Below, one piece after another: positions 28,610-38,493 of a stretch of DNA of 64,000 nucleotides (position 1 is its first letter; each line of letters starts with the position of its first letter). The notes below the pieces were generated by a model. The model searched no databases and was not told where the DNA came from. It saw only the letters and a list, made by a program, of their open reading frames with translations. The translations under genes and the position numbers were made by a program. The DNA is taken from positions 7,929-71,928 of IMG/VR virus record IMGVR_UViG_3300020352_000789; one strand, 5' to 3'. The DNA is from a virus. Its lineage: Duplodnaviria > Caudoviricetes.

Positions 28610-30150
28610 TTTAATGTTTCTTTCTGGTTTTTTTGTAATGACTCTACTATATTTTTATTTTTATAGTGCTTACTCCTATAATCATCAGAATGTGGTATAT
28701 GAAATATTGGAACAAAATTTTTATTGAATTTTATTGTTATTCTTTGAATCCCTATACCCTCTAGCCGTTTGTATAAATCGCAGTCATCGTATCCGTATCC
28801 ATGTTGATTGCCCTGATATTTATTAACTTGAATTAAATGTTTTTTATCAATAAAACAAAATCCGTTTAAGTTTTCTAAGAAACCAATTCCATTATCTTTG
28901 TTCTTTTCAGTCCAACAGCCAGTAATGAAACTTTTATCGCTATCAATAAGTAGCCAATCCGATAACAAATTATAAGGATTAATTATATAGTCTACATCAA
29001 GTTTTAAAATCATATCATTAGAAGTATTGTCTATAGCAATATTATAAGCCTTGGATAAATTAAAATATTCCTCACCCTTAACTTCTATGATTTTGATTCT
29101 TGGGTCTAAATTTTCAAAATATTCCTGATCAAAATCATCTGATGAATAATCTACAATAACTATCTCTTTAATATCATTATGAATTAACCAAGAATTTATG
29201 GATGTTTTTAATATTTTATTTCTGTTTTTAGTAACTGTAACTACAGAAATATTTGTTTTTCTTTGCAAATTAGTTGGGGTTTTATCTGTTAATAATTCTA
29301 AATTAGTATGTCCAACTATACTAGATATTTCACTAAATGTACTCCAATTTGTACCATAAATTTTTCTAGTTTTAGAAAGCAGAAACATATCTATTGTCGC
29401 TTCTTTTTGCAGTGGTTTATTGTCGTTTACTGTTAAAGAAGGGTCTGTAAAATTTTTATTACTAACAACAATGTTGTCGAATTTTTGTGTATAGTGTTTT
29501 TCGGTTGCTTCTGAGTCTGTAGATAAAAAAACTGGAGTATCAACATATGCTCTTATAATATTTTCAAAATATTCGTCTTTAGATTCTTTGTAGTGTTTAG
29601 ACCAAGGGCCAGTAATAGCGTCACCCTTACGAATATGTACGCCTATATAATTTTTATCCACATCACATTGGCTTATGTATTTTTGTAATTCTGGTGATGG
29701 ATGTATGTAATTTTTTAAGAACATATATCTATGTTTAAGTTGAATATCAAATATCCAGTCTATGGATGCATAAGAGTTTAAACAAAAAGTATTAACAGAT
29801 TTTAATAATCTTTTTATCTCTATATCTGTAACATACTTCAAAGTATTTAGGTCTTGTGTAAAAAAGTGATCTAAATTCAGAAATTCTTTAGCAGCATCGT
29901 TGTATTGTGTATCGCTAATTAGAGATATGTTATTAGGTAGTTGATCCAAATCAAACAATTCACCAAAGGACTCATCAGAAAAACCCTCACTTTTAACCCA
30001 ACATAAATATATTTGGTTATATTGAAATTCTCTAGCAAAAGCATATACAGAATCTAGTAACAATAATCTATTGCCTAAGCCTTGATTTGGTTTTAGATAA
30101 ATGCAACGGAAAGAGCTGGGTATATGTTTAAAACTATGGGTAATAGTCAT
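28606..30150 (-). CDS. Fusion: fucosyltransferase-like (GLGNR/HIR.GD) plus GT2/GT7-like domain
   Basis: GLGNRL, GVHIRKGD, FLSTD, STFS; C-terminal IVDYSS, KLDVD, YGYDDCDL. Confidence 0.75.
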   Translation of the reverse strand: MTITHSFKHIPSSFRCIYLKPNQGLGNRLLLLDSVYAFAREFQYNQIYLCWVKSEGFSDESFGELFDLDQLPNNISLISDTQYNDAAKEFLNLDHFFTQDLNTLKYVTDIEIKRLLKSVNTFCLNSYASIDWIFDIQLKHRYMFLKNYIHPSPELQKYISQCDVDKNYIGVHIRKGDAITGPWSKHYKESKDEYFENIIRAYVDTPVFLSTDSEATEKHYTQKFDNIVVSNKNFTDPSLTVNDNKPLQKEATIDMFLLSKTRKIYGTNWSTFSEISSIVGHTNLELLTDKTPTNLQRKTNISVVTVTKNRNKILKTSINSWLIHNDIKEIVIVDYSSDDFDQEYFENLDPRIKIIEVKGEEYFNLSKAYNIAIDNTSNDMILKLDVDYIINPYNLLSDWLLIDSDKSFITGCWTEKNKDNGIGFLENLNGFCFIDKKHLIQVNKYQGNQHGYGYDDCDLYKRLEGIGIQRITIKFNKNFVPIFHIPHSDDYRSKHYKNKNIVESLQKNQKETLK

Positions 30151-30288
30151 TTGATATTTATGTCCTAATAATTCTAATTCATCAGAAAGGTTTTGTTCAA
30201 CGATACCTCTTGTTTCTTAATCGTAGTATGATCTATACTCTTTCCTCCTGATCGGCCTGTCAAGTCTGCTTTCTTTAATTAAACCTTC

Positions 30289-31020
30289 CTAGTCTTTTAT
30301 AAAGTACCCTAGCTTGTTTTCTATCTCCCAATCAATGCCTTTATCTATTATTTGTTTTATCTCTGGTTCTATATGGTATGGTTTTTTCTCTATAGGCTCC
30401 ATTATAGGCATCTTCATAGGAATATGATATTTATTGCTCCATTCTGTTACGATACTCCAAGGGTCATTACAAAAGTCTTCATATTTTATTAACTCATAAT
30501 TCTTTGCTATGTTTGGCATAGTATTATATAAATAATGAAGTTTTTTACTTCGCATTTTAAATATATTCTCATAACGAAGACCAGTTTCAAAATCTCTATC
30601 TCGCATTTTTTCTTCTCCATATGTTTTGCTTTTTTTTTGGTGATCTATAGAGTACCATTCATTAGTCAAGAAACTTATTATGTCATGATTTTCTGGTGGA
30701 ACATGATGTAAACTTCTACTTAGAGCAACAATCCAATCATAAGGATTTCTTACAATCCCTATGAATATAACATCCGATTCTATTTTAATATTTTCGTCAT
30801 AAAATCCAAAAAAATGTTTTGCTCCAAAGTTATTTTTTCTGACAGTGTGTTTTTCTGTAGGAATTTTATAATCGTCAAAGTATGACGTATTTAAAACAGG
30901 AATGTGCATAAAAGCTGGTTGAGGACAAAATAAATGATAAGACTGTCCTGTTAGTAAAGTCTCTAAATAATTAGTTCCGCTATTACGTTCACCGTATATT
31001 ACAAAAGATTTTTTTATCAC
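30289..31020 (-). CDS. Sulfotransferase-like protein
   Basis: GERNSGTNYL, KHFF, VRNPYDW, IKYED. Confidence 0.75.
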   Translation of the reverse strand: MIKKSFVIYGERNSGTNYLETLLTGQSYHLFCPQPAFMHIPVLNTSYFDDYKIPTEKHTVRKNNFGAKHFFGFYDENIKIESDVIFIGIVRNPYDWIVALSRSLHHVPPENHDIISFLTNEWYSIDHQKKSKTYGEEKMRDRDFETGLRYENIFKMRSKKLHYLYNTMPNIAKNYELIKYEDFCNDPWSIVTEWSNKYHIPMKMPIMEPIEKKPYHIEPEIKQIIDKGIDWEIENKLGYFIKD

Positions 31021-31028
31021 GACACACC

Positions 31029-32309
31029 CTACTTATAATTATTAAATACAGCAAAAAATCTACTACTAGGATTTAAATACATTTTGTATCCATTTTCGTA
31101 TAGCTTTTTATGAAATTGAACATGCTCACTACCAAGTTCTGCTCCATATCTTCCAGATAAAAAAGCCTCTGTTTTATAGATCGACAATCCACCAAAACAA
31201 GAATTAAAACGAACTGGATCGGAACCGATTAATGGATGCCAATTTGTAAACCACCGTCTTTGTTTATCATAATCTATATTAGGTTCCCAATCATTCAATC
31301 TGGAAGCGAACGAGTCGTAATGGGCCAGCTGCCTTTGCCGATTAAAGCACAAAGAATATGAACCTATGCCTCCAGCATTATCTAAACTACGAAACCACCC
31401 AATACTATTATAAATACCCTCTACAGAAAATCCGAGATCAGCATCTAAGTCTAGCACCATAACATAATCATAGTCTGAGCAATTATCTTTAACCCATTCT
31501 ATACAAATGTTTCGATATTCTGCTAAATGAGTTGTTCTGTTTAGAGACATATCTTGCAGGTATTCTCTTTTATTTGAAATACATTTTATTTGCATGTTGT
31601 CATATTTCTTTTCATTATCTAATAATATATCTTTAGTGTTGTCCTCCGAGTCATTCTCGAAGATAAAAAGTTTTAACTCTTTACATTGAATACTTTGAAT
31701 ACTATTAATTGATTTTTCTAATGCTTCGTCACAATTTCTAGCTAATCCAACAACACAAATACTACTATCTTTAGATATGTCTTGGCCTCTTTTTAGATAT
31801 TTATCGTATTGTTTTGCAAAACTTCTGTGTGAAGGAAGAAATTGATCAATAGTCTTTAATTCAAGATCGGCTAAATGTCTAATACGAAAATAATAACTTT
31901 TAAGTAAATCTACATAGCTAGTAATGCGTATTTTTTCAGCTTTAGACTTATCGTCGGAAAAGTAAAAATAACTATGATAAAACAATCTTTCTCTATCACT
32001 TATCCCATTCTTATCACAATATTCTTTATAAAAGTTTTTAGTATGTGGATTTGATTGTAGATAAGTCTTGTGGTCGAAATCCTTGTCAACATCGTGATAT
32101 AAATAGAAATTAATTATATCTTGAGATTCTTGAGGCAATACATGAGACATATAATGAAAAAACAACCTATGCTTATCGTCAATACTATTTTCTTTACAAA
32201 AGGGCTGATAAAAATCTTTTGCTTCAGGTTTCCATTTGAGATGTAGTGTTTCGTCAAAGTCTGGATCGACTATATTATTTTCGTAAAATTCTTGTATGGA
32301 TAAGTTCAT
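31029..32309 (-). CDS. Two N-terminal repeats plus CAP59/GT69-like mannosyltransferase domain
   Basis: VVGLARNC, FENDSEDNT, LAEYRN, VLDLD, SCFGG, EHV. Confidence 0.75.
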   Translation of the reverse strand: MNLSIQEFYENNIVDPDFDETLHLKWKPEAKDFYQPFCKENSIDDKHRLFFHYMSHVLPQESQDIINFYLYHDVDKDFDHKTYLQSNPHTKNFYKEYCDKNGISDRERLFYHSYFYFSDDKSKAEKIRITSYVDLLKSYYFRIRHLADLELKTIDQFLPSHRSFAKQYDKYLKRGQDISKDSSICVVGLARNCDEALEKSINSIQSIQCKELKLFIFENDSEDNTKDILLDNEKKYDNMQIKCISNKREYLQDMSLNRTTHLAEYRNICIEWVKDNCSDYDYVMVLDLDADLGFSVEGIYNSIGWFRSLDNAGGIGSYSLCFNRQRQLAHYDSFASRLNDWEPNIDYDKQRRWFTNWHPLIGSDPVRFNSCFGGLSIYKTEAFLSGRYGAELGSEHVQFHKKLYENGYKMYLNPSSRFFAVFNNYK

Positions 32310-32321
32310 TAGTAATTACCT

Positions 32322-33137
32322 TCACATTAAATTTAAAGTTTTATAATATTCGTCAATGGTCTCATATTCTGATAGGAATTGTTCTTTATTAGAAAAAGCA
32401 TCTACTTGTTTTATTATACGAGATTGTTTTTTTACTATGGGCTGTTTAAGAGGATGTTCGTGTCCTATCGCCTTACTAATTATTTCCATTCTTTCTTTTT
32501 CACTAGATTGAATTAATTTTTCATAATATATTATGTTGTATTTCATATCGTGAGACTTAATTAAATTCAATACGTCATCGTAAAAAGAAATGTAGTTTTC
32601 TGAAAAAGTTAAGAAGCCCTCTTTGTTCCAAGTAAATTCTTGATCATAAATTGGATCGTATTTTCTTATTCTAGTCCATTTTCGAGTTTTTTGTGATCTT
32701 TCTCGGCTTATAAAAACATCTAGTATGTTCTTTCTATAATTTACAATAAGCCTATCTGAAATGTCTATTATGTTTGAATACAAAGTAGGATGATCTAATG
32801 AAACCCAGTTGGTCGGGATCACCTTATGAAAAAAATATTTATAATGTTCTTTTCTTAAAATTTCTATCACATCCAACAGCATTTGATAATTATAAGCAGG
32901 AAAATTACCCTCCTTTATAGGCGCATTTAAAAGTTTAGAAAAATAGCGTTTATATGCTTCGGTAAAAGGTATATCATATTTGAAAAAAGTATTAGTAACA
33001 ACTCTTTTAAAGTGAGTCATATTCCATGCTACAAAAAATTCCATAGCGTTAAATGTTATGTCTTCGACAGGTTTAATATGCTGATGGAAATATGTAGAAC
33101 CTGTTCTAGCACGGCCTATGGTAGTAATTATTTTCAT
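32322..33137 (-). CDS. Sulfotransferase (Stf0-like)
   Basis: RARTGSTY, EFF, YRKNILDVFIS, YYEKL. Confidence 0.75.
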   Translation of the reverse strand: MKIITTIGRARTGSTYFHQHIKPVEDITFNAMEFFVAWNMTHFKRVVTNTFFKYDIPFTEAYKRYFSKLLNAPIKEGNFPAYNYQMLLDVIEILRKEHYKYFFHKVIPTNWVSLDHPTLYSNIIDISDRLIVNYRKNILDVFISRERSQKTRKWTRIRKYDPIYDQEFTWNKEGFLTFSENYISFYDDVLNLIKSHDMKYNIIYYEKLIQSSEKERMEIISKAIGHEHPLKQPIVKKQSRIIKQVDAFSNKEQFLSEYETIDEYYKTLNLM

Positions 33138-33148
33138 TAATTAAAACC

Positions 33149-34033
33149 TTATTGTTCTCGTGTTGTTGCTAAATTTCTTTTATTAAAATAATTTGAGATA
33201 GAGGTTTCGAGTTCTGGATGTAATATTTTATATAAACCATTATCGTCTATCTCTAAGTGTATTTTTGGATCGAAAGCATATTTATTTAATAAACATTCTC
33301 TATAGCTATATCCTCTATTTAATACTTTACCATGATAAAAATGCTCTAGGCAACCAGAACAGTATCCTATATTATATTGCTTTGCGGGCATTTTCCTACA
33401 GTAATCAATCCACGAACGAACTATATCGTCACTGTAATTTCCTATAAAAGACCTATTAAGTATGTCTAATGTTACGGACTGAATTTGTAGCAAATCGCTT
33501 GACCCTAATATATGCTTATCATAAAAATAACCATTAGGCATGATTGAACGATTAATGGCCCAAGTTAAACCAAAAGCAGGATCGTAACAGTCTGACGCAC
33601 CTGTATCTGTATAATCTCTTAATGTCTTAGCATATCCACTGGTATTTAAACAGCTGTTTGCAGAAATAGTAGAATCATGATATTCATAGACAGTCTCAAA
33701 AGGTTGAACCATATCATACTGATCTAATTTTAATTCCAGTTCTTGCATCATATCATAGTTTTGAAACGATATGTCGGTATCAACCCATAAAATCTTATCG
33801 TATTTTTCATCTAAGTTTTCTAATAATAGATTAAATGCTCTTTCTTTTTGCCATAGAATGTTATCGTGGCTAGCTATGATCTTTGTACTGTCATCTATAA
33901 AAAAATCCCTTTCTTTCAAACATATCTCTATGGTTTTTAAAGGGTGTCGAAACTTCTTTCTAAATTTTATATAATTATTTTTTCTTACTTGATTATTACC
34001 CCAATTAAAATAACAACATATTGATGCTATCAT
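33149..34033 (-). CDS. GT-A-fold glycosyltransferase-like protein
   Basis: LWQKERAFN, WVDTD, VQPF, GSSD, H..HG…R.Y. Confidence 0.65.
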   Translation of the reverse strand: MIASICCYFNWGNNQVRKNNYIKFRKKFRHPLKTIEICLKERDFFIDDSTKIIASHDNILWQKERAFNLLLENLDEKYDKILWVDTDISFQNYDMMQELELKLDQYDMVQPFETVYEYHDSTISANSCLNTSGYAKTLRDYTDTGASDCYDPAFGLTWAINRSIMPNGYFYDKHILGSSDLLQIQSVTLDILNRSFIGNYSDDIVRSWIDYCRKMPAKQYNIGYCSGCLEHFYHGKVLNRGYSYRECLLNKYAFDPKIHLEIDDNGLYKILHPELETSISNYFNKRNLATTREQ

Positions 34034-34512
34034 AATATCTCGTCCTCCAAATCAGAACATCCTTTAATCAGACTGGAAAAAATATTACCCTCGACTAAAA
34101 ACTCAAGCATCTCTAAAAAATCCATTCTTTGTTTATAATATTGACACAATCTTAATCCCCTATTCTTTTTAAATAATTTTAGAATTTTTATAAGAATTTG
34201 ATTAACTATAGAGTTAGTGAGTTCGAGTACCTCAAGATTATTCCCTGCTGTATTGGTAAGTGATATTCCTTTAGCTGCTAATATAGCCTGAACTAATAAA
34301 GCATTATCGTCATTATGGTACGTATAACCCTCTGCTCCAAACAAAGAATAGTGATAATAAAGTCTTTCTTTTTCCCCAATATTATGATTTTTACAATAAG
34401 GTTGATAGAAATCCGATGTTTCTGGAAACATCTTTGCATATAATACTTCACTAAAATTTTCATCCACTATATTAGACAGATAAAATTCATCTATTGAAAT
34501 TATATCACTCAT
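34030..34512 (-). CDS. Hypothetical protein carrying the FYQPYC…RLYYHY repeat
   Basis: Shares the repeat with 31029-32309. Confidence 0.65.
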   Translation of the reverse strand: MSDIISIDEFYLSNIVDENFSEVLYAKMFPETSDFYQPYCKNHNIGEKERLYYHYSLFGAEGYTYHNDDNALLVQAILAAKGISLTNTAGNNLEVLELTNSIVNQILIKILKLFKKNRGLRLCQYYKQRMDFLEMLEFLVEGNIFSSLIKGCSDLEDEIL

Positions 34513-35143
34513 AGTATTCTCCTAATATAAACTTAGTACCAGTAGTGATTGAGGTTTGCTTACTAACTTTATAATCCAATCTTTTTAAAACGCGAAAATC
34601 TAGACTCACCCTAGTTTTTCCTGTGCGATTTGGTAAATTGCCATGAGTGCATTTATTACCATTGAACATAAAAACTTCTCCCGGTTCCAATTCTATTTGT
34701 TTAAAATCTTTTAGTCCCGGTTCGCTTTCGGTGATAATTGTATTGCTTTCAAACATTCTAGTAATAGGTAATAAAAAATTTATTTCATCATCTGGATGAT
34801 TAAACTCAGAATCCGTATGCCAAGCACCAACAGCTAAATTGTTTGGTAAATGAACTCTAAACGTAGGCCATTTTTGATAGATAATAGGTTCTTGGATTTC
34901 TGCTTGTACAAATTCTTTTATGAAAGACTTATAAGTATGAAGAAAATCTTCCCATCCACTTCTCATCTTATCATAGAAAATTTGATGATATAAAGTATCA
35001 GAGTCTTTTGAGGGTTTGTCAAAAAAACTATATTCTTTTTTGTCTTTATTATGTAATAGTTCTAATTTGTGACCACCAAATAAATTTGATATATGTTTTA
35101 CAAAAGGGTAATCCGATTGATTATATTTAAATATTTTATACAC
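34505..35143 (-). CDS. 2OG-Fe(II) oxygenase (StrG-like)
   Basis: PTFRVHLP, WHTDSEFNH (HxD), HGN, RVSLDFR. Confidence 0.8.
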   Translation of the reverse strand: MYKIFKYNQSDYPFVKHISNLFGGHKLELLHNKDKKEYSFFDKPSKDSDTLYHQIFYDKMRSGWEDFLHTYKSFIKEFVQAEIQEPIIYQKWPTFRVHLPNNLAVGAWHTDSEFNHPDDEINFLLPITRMFESNTIITESEPGLKDFKQIELEPGEVFMFNGNKCTHGNLPNRTGKTRVSLDFRVLKRLDYKVSKQTSITTGTKFILGEYYE

Positions 35144-36455
35144 TTCTCATTTCACCATGCAATACTTTAAATGTTGGAAATCTAAGACTGATACCTCCCT
35201 CCTGATTCTTAGTCTCTTCAAAATATTGTACGGTTATAATTTTGCCTAAGATAGCATCAGGGTTTTTATAAAAGTCCTGTCTTTGCTCTATAGTAAACCC
35301 ACTACCTACTCTGACAACATTATCTTTGTGTTTAATGTAGACACAGGACAACATTTCCTCTTCACATTCTTTACCATCTAATGTTAAGGGAAACATTCCC
35401 ATCTCTGTATCTACCACCTGATATTCTGCATCATGGAATGTCTTTACTTTTAACAAATCTTTACTACGCTTACCTTTATATTGTACATTTTTACGAAGCA
35501 TAACACCTTCCCAATTATCATCATCTGCTTTAGATACCCACTTTTGGAAATGTTCGTCGTTATTTACTATCTCCATTTCTAATACAGATAGACAAGGGCA
35601 TTCGTTATCCTCCATAGTAAACAATAGTTCTTTATATCTTTGATAAAGATTGTCATCACTTTTCTTTGCTTTAAACTCGTCTTGCGTCATCATATCAAAG
35701 ATTTTATAAGAAGGATTTTCAATAGTATGTTCTTTCTTACGAAGTTGTTTCATAATACCTTGGAAGTCTTCGTTGCCATCTTCGTCAATTAAACAGAGTT
35801 CCCCGTCAAACACAACATCAGATAAACCAAGACTTGCAATCCCATCGGCAACAACACCCAAGGTAGTAAATTCTTTGCCTGTTCGGGAGTAGAAAGTAGT
35901 ATTGCCAAAACTATCGACAATAGCCAAACATCTAACCCCATCAAGTTTACGAGATACAAACCACTCATCTTCCCACTCCACTAATTTAGGCTGATACTTT
36001 TCTGCAAGAGCGACACTAAACTCTGGGATAAAATCAGGAATAACTTTATTAATAAGTTTAACACCAACCTTAGTCTTTAGGTCTTTGTCTAGGATACAAT
36101 GTACAAGTTCTTCTTGTTCTGGATGCTTATTGATATAAGTATTAACAATCCTGATAGCATCATGTCCTGTATATCTTCTGTTGTTCAAATCGCTAAACAG
36201 TTGACACAAACCATATCCCGGTTCACAATCTCCGAAAGATAAGTCTGATCGCTTCTTAACTTGACTACTTGTCAAACCATACATGAGATAGTCATTATGT
36301 GCTAGGTTTAATACATTTCTAGCATGAAGTTGATCTCCATTATCCTCCTCTTTACCTGCCTTACAATACTTGGTAATAATTTCTTGCTTGGCAATAGTGC
36401 CGCTGTTGTTACGCAGTTCATTAACCATAGCCATAACATATTCTGTGCTGTTCAT
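35136..36455 (-). CDS. ATP-dependent DNA ligase
   Basis: RKLDGVR (KxDG), FDGEL, IFD, EGVMLR, KRSKDLLKVK, VGSGF, LRFP. Confidence 0.95.
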   Translation of the reverse strand: MNSTEYVMAMVNELRNNSGTIAKQEIITKYCKAGKEEDNGDQLHARNVLNLAHNDYLMYGLTSSQVKKRSDLSFGDCEPGYGLCQLFSDLNNRRYTGHDAIRIVNTYINKHPEQEELVHCILDKDLKTKVGVKLINKVIPDFIPEFSVALAEKYQPKLVEWEDEWFVSRKLDGVRCLAIVDSFGNTTFYSRTGKEFTTLGVVADGIASLGLSDVVFDGELCLIDEDGNEDFQGIMKQLRKKEHTIENPSYKIFDMMTQDEFKAKKSDDNLYQRYKELLFTMEDNECPCLSVLEMEIVNNDEHFQKWVSKADDDNWEGVMLRKNVQYKGKRSKDLLKVKTFHDAEYQVVDTEMGMFPLTLDGKECEEEMLSCVYIKHKDNVVRVGSGFTIEQRQDFYKNPDAILGKIITVQYFEETKNQEGGISLRFPTFKVLHGEMRSV

Positions 36456-36492
36456 TATAAAATCCTGAGTCCTTGTGTAATCCTGTCCGTAT

Positions 36493-36521
36493 AGTATACA
36501 GTATCGTCAATGCAAAGTCAA
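36493..36521 (-). promoter_or_regulatory. Sigma70-like promoter of ligase
   Basis: TTGACT-17-TATACT. Confidence 0.75.
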
Positions 36522-36525
36522 GTCT

Positions 36526-36807
36526 TTAGTTCTTGTCTGCTAACTTCGATTGATAATGGTATACTATTTTTTTAAATGCTTCCACTCTGGTTTTAAGAGA
36601 CAGATATTCATTCTGATCTGTAAAAACTTTATTTAATTTATTGGTAAGTTTAGAACCCGTTTGCGCTAATACGCCGGGAATCAATCCATGAATTATTAAA
36701 AGTAGCCCAGATTTAATACAGTTTATTCCATGTCCAGCAGCAAATATAAAATGCTCTAAATATCCCATGTTGTTATCGGCTAAATGCCTTTTAGATTTTT
36801 TAAACAT
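36526..36807 (-). CDS. DUF6356-like small protein
   Basis: HL…NMGYLEHF.FA…G…IIHG.IP. Confidence 0.7.
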   Translation of the reverse strand: MFKKSKRHLADNNMGYLEHFIFAAGHGINCIKSGLLLIIHGLIPGVLAQTGSKLTNKLNKVFTDQNEYLSLKTRVEAFKKIVYHYQSKLADKN

Positions 36808-36855
36808 AGGTGATCTCCAATAGTGTTATATTTTCTCAACACTATAATATACACC

Positions 36856-37137
36856 TTATGTTTTTACAAACTTAATATATCTCCAATGAAATGTATGATG
36901 TATGTGAAGGTTTTCACAAAATAAATATATGTTCAGACATTGAAAAGCAGCACAATCTTTTCTTATCTCTGGTTCAATAACTTCAATTTCGATATGTGTA
37001 AACATAAATGTACTATGAAAGTATACTATCTTCTTTGGTCTGCCGTCTATTAAAAACCTACATACCTGATTATGCCGAATTGTTTCGATGCCGTTTAAAA
37101 GCAACAACAACGATATAAGAATAGCTTTAGTTTTCAT
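36856..37137 (-). CDS. Hypothetical protein starting 3 nt after tmRNA
   Basis: 93 codons; hydrophobic N-terminus; no SD. Confidence 0.55.
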   Translation of the reverse strand: MKTKAILISLLLLLNGIETIRHNQVCRFLIDGRPKKIVYFHSTFMFTHIEIEVIEPEIRKDCAAFQCLNIYLFCENLHIHHTFHWRYIKFVKT

Positions 37138-37140
37138 AAG

Positions 37141-37479
37141 TGGAGGCGAGGGGAGTCGAACCCCTGTCCAGTGTAAATTCCATATAAACTTCTACATCGT
37201 TAGTCTGTTGTTATTAATACATCAGACAAAACTATTTGTCTTTCCAACGTCAAAGTGTTTACACTTATCTCTATATTTAATTCAGGTATAAATTCCCTAT
37301 CCGATTATCGGAGTCAGCCTAATTGGGCGAGAAGGTTTAGGCAACCTCCCTCACTAAGCAGCGAGTGCTAATACAGAAGTATCGGCAACTAAAATGTGAT
37401 CTATTTTTAAACTGGCCTTTAGATCAACCAGTCGATGCGATCTATACTTCTATTCACCTGTCGAAACCAGTACGCCCCC
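37141..37479 (-). ncRNA. ssrA: tmRNA, tag (A)ADTSVLALAA
   Basis: 5' GGGGGCG…TTTCGAC; 3' T arm AGGGG-TTCGACT-CCCCT plus CGCCTCC-A with G3.U70; tag codons 37386-37357, stops TAG TGA. Confidence 0.95.
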
Positions 37480-37653
37480 TTATATAATTCTTTCTTTTGG
37501 TGCTAATTCAAAAGTTCTTATCTGCGGTCTTATTATAACGGGTGCTATTTCTTTTTCAAGTTCTTTTATTTGCGACGATTGAATCCAGTTGGTTGCTATG
37601 CTAATCATAAGCAGACCCCATAAAATCCATGTCGCGGGGTGTATTCTATCCAT
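37480..37653 (-). CDS. 57-aa membrane protein (not in track)
   Basis: MDRIHPATWILWGLLMISIATNW…; its TAA abuts tmRNA G1. Confidence 0.6.
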   Translation of the reverse strand: MDRIHPATWILWGLLMISIATNWIQSSQIKELEKEIAPVIIRPQIRTFELAPKERII

Positions 37654-37774
37654 AGTGAAACAACATTAAATAGGTATTATAAAAATAGCGGGATGGCAAG
37701 CCTAACCATCTAAATCTATTTGATATATAAGATATACCCTTGAGCCTTTATTGGGCCGCTATAATTATTTGAAA

Positions 37775-37996
37775 TTATTTCTTACACTTCCTTTTCTTCA
37801 TTGCTGTTGCTCCATATCTGGTTTCTCCATATCTACCAGTTGAGCGCACTACAGCAAGTCCTTCTGACTGTAAAGTAGGCTTAATATCACTAATAGTTGC
37901 TCGAAGATTACCTACTTCAAACATACTATAAGCACTATCTTGACTGAGAGTTCTTCCTCTTCTGAGATAATTCATTACTCTATCTTGCTTTGTCAT
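37775..37996 (-). CDS. Small basic protein, winged-HTH-like
   Basis: RVMNYL..GRTLS…F.V.NLRATISD. Confidence 0.6.
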   Translation of the reverse strand: MTKQDRVMNYLRRGRTLSQDSAYSMFEVGNLRATISDIKPTLQSEGLAVVRSTGRYGETRYGATAMKKRKCKK

Positions 37997-38090
37997 TTAA
38001 TCTACCTTTTTGTGACTGTTTTTAAAGTCCTAAGTTAAAGATTTCGCCGTCACTAACAAAAACTTTACCAACATTTCCTTTATAATAATA

Positions 38091-38453
38091 TCAAAAAGGG
38101 TTAGAGTCAATAATTTTTTCACTATTAGAACCTACCCAAAACACCATTTTATTTTGTTCGTCGTCCCAAGCACATTGTATCAAGTCTTGTGAGGCTACTT
38201 TACACAAAGCAGATTGATATATAATAGAACTAACTTGTTCAAAAATATTATCAAATATTCCTTCATTGATTACAAATAGACCATCATTATCTAAACCGAG
38301 GCTTTCTTTTTTTATAATATTAATTACTTGATTTAAAGTAATAAATGTATGTATAATTTTACTATCGTATTTGCCGCCTGATAAATCTGAAGCAGCACCA
38401 TCCCGAATAGTCTCTGCAAAATTAGAAATTTCTGTTATGCTATATTCGCTCAT
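38091..38453 (-). CDS. Hypothetical protein (paralog of 14580-14990)
   Basis: C-terminal AWDDEQNKMVFWV. Confidence 0.7.
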   Translation of the reverse strand: MSEYSITEISNFAETIRDGAASDLSGGKYDSKIIHTFITLNQVINIIKKESLGLDNDGLFVINEGIFDNIFEQVSSIIYQSALCKVASQDLIQCAWDDEQNKMVFWVGSNSEKIIDSNPF

Positions 38454-38493
38454 TATATTAATCTTTTAAAGATAGATTATGGTATGACTATAA

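Noticed and set aside
37088-37291. Plus-strand 67-aa ORF
   Set aside because: Antisense shadow of the tmRNA.
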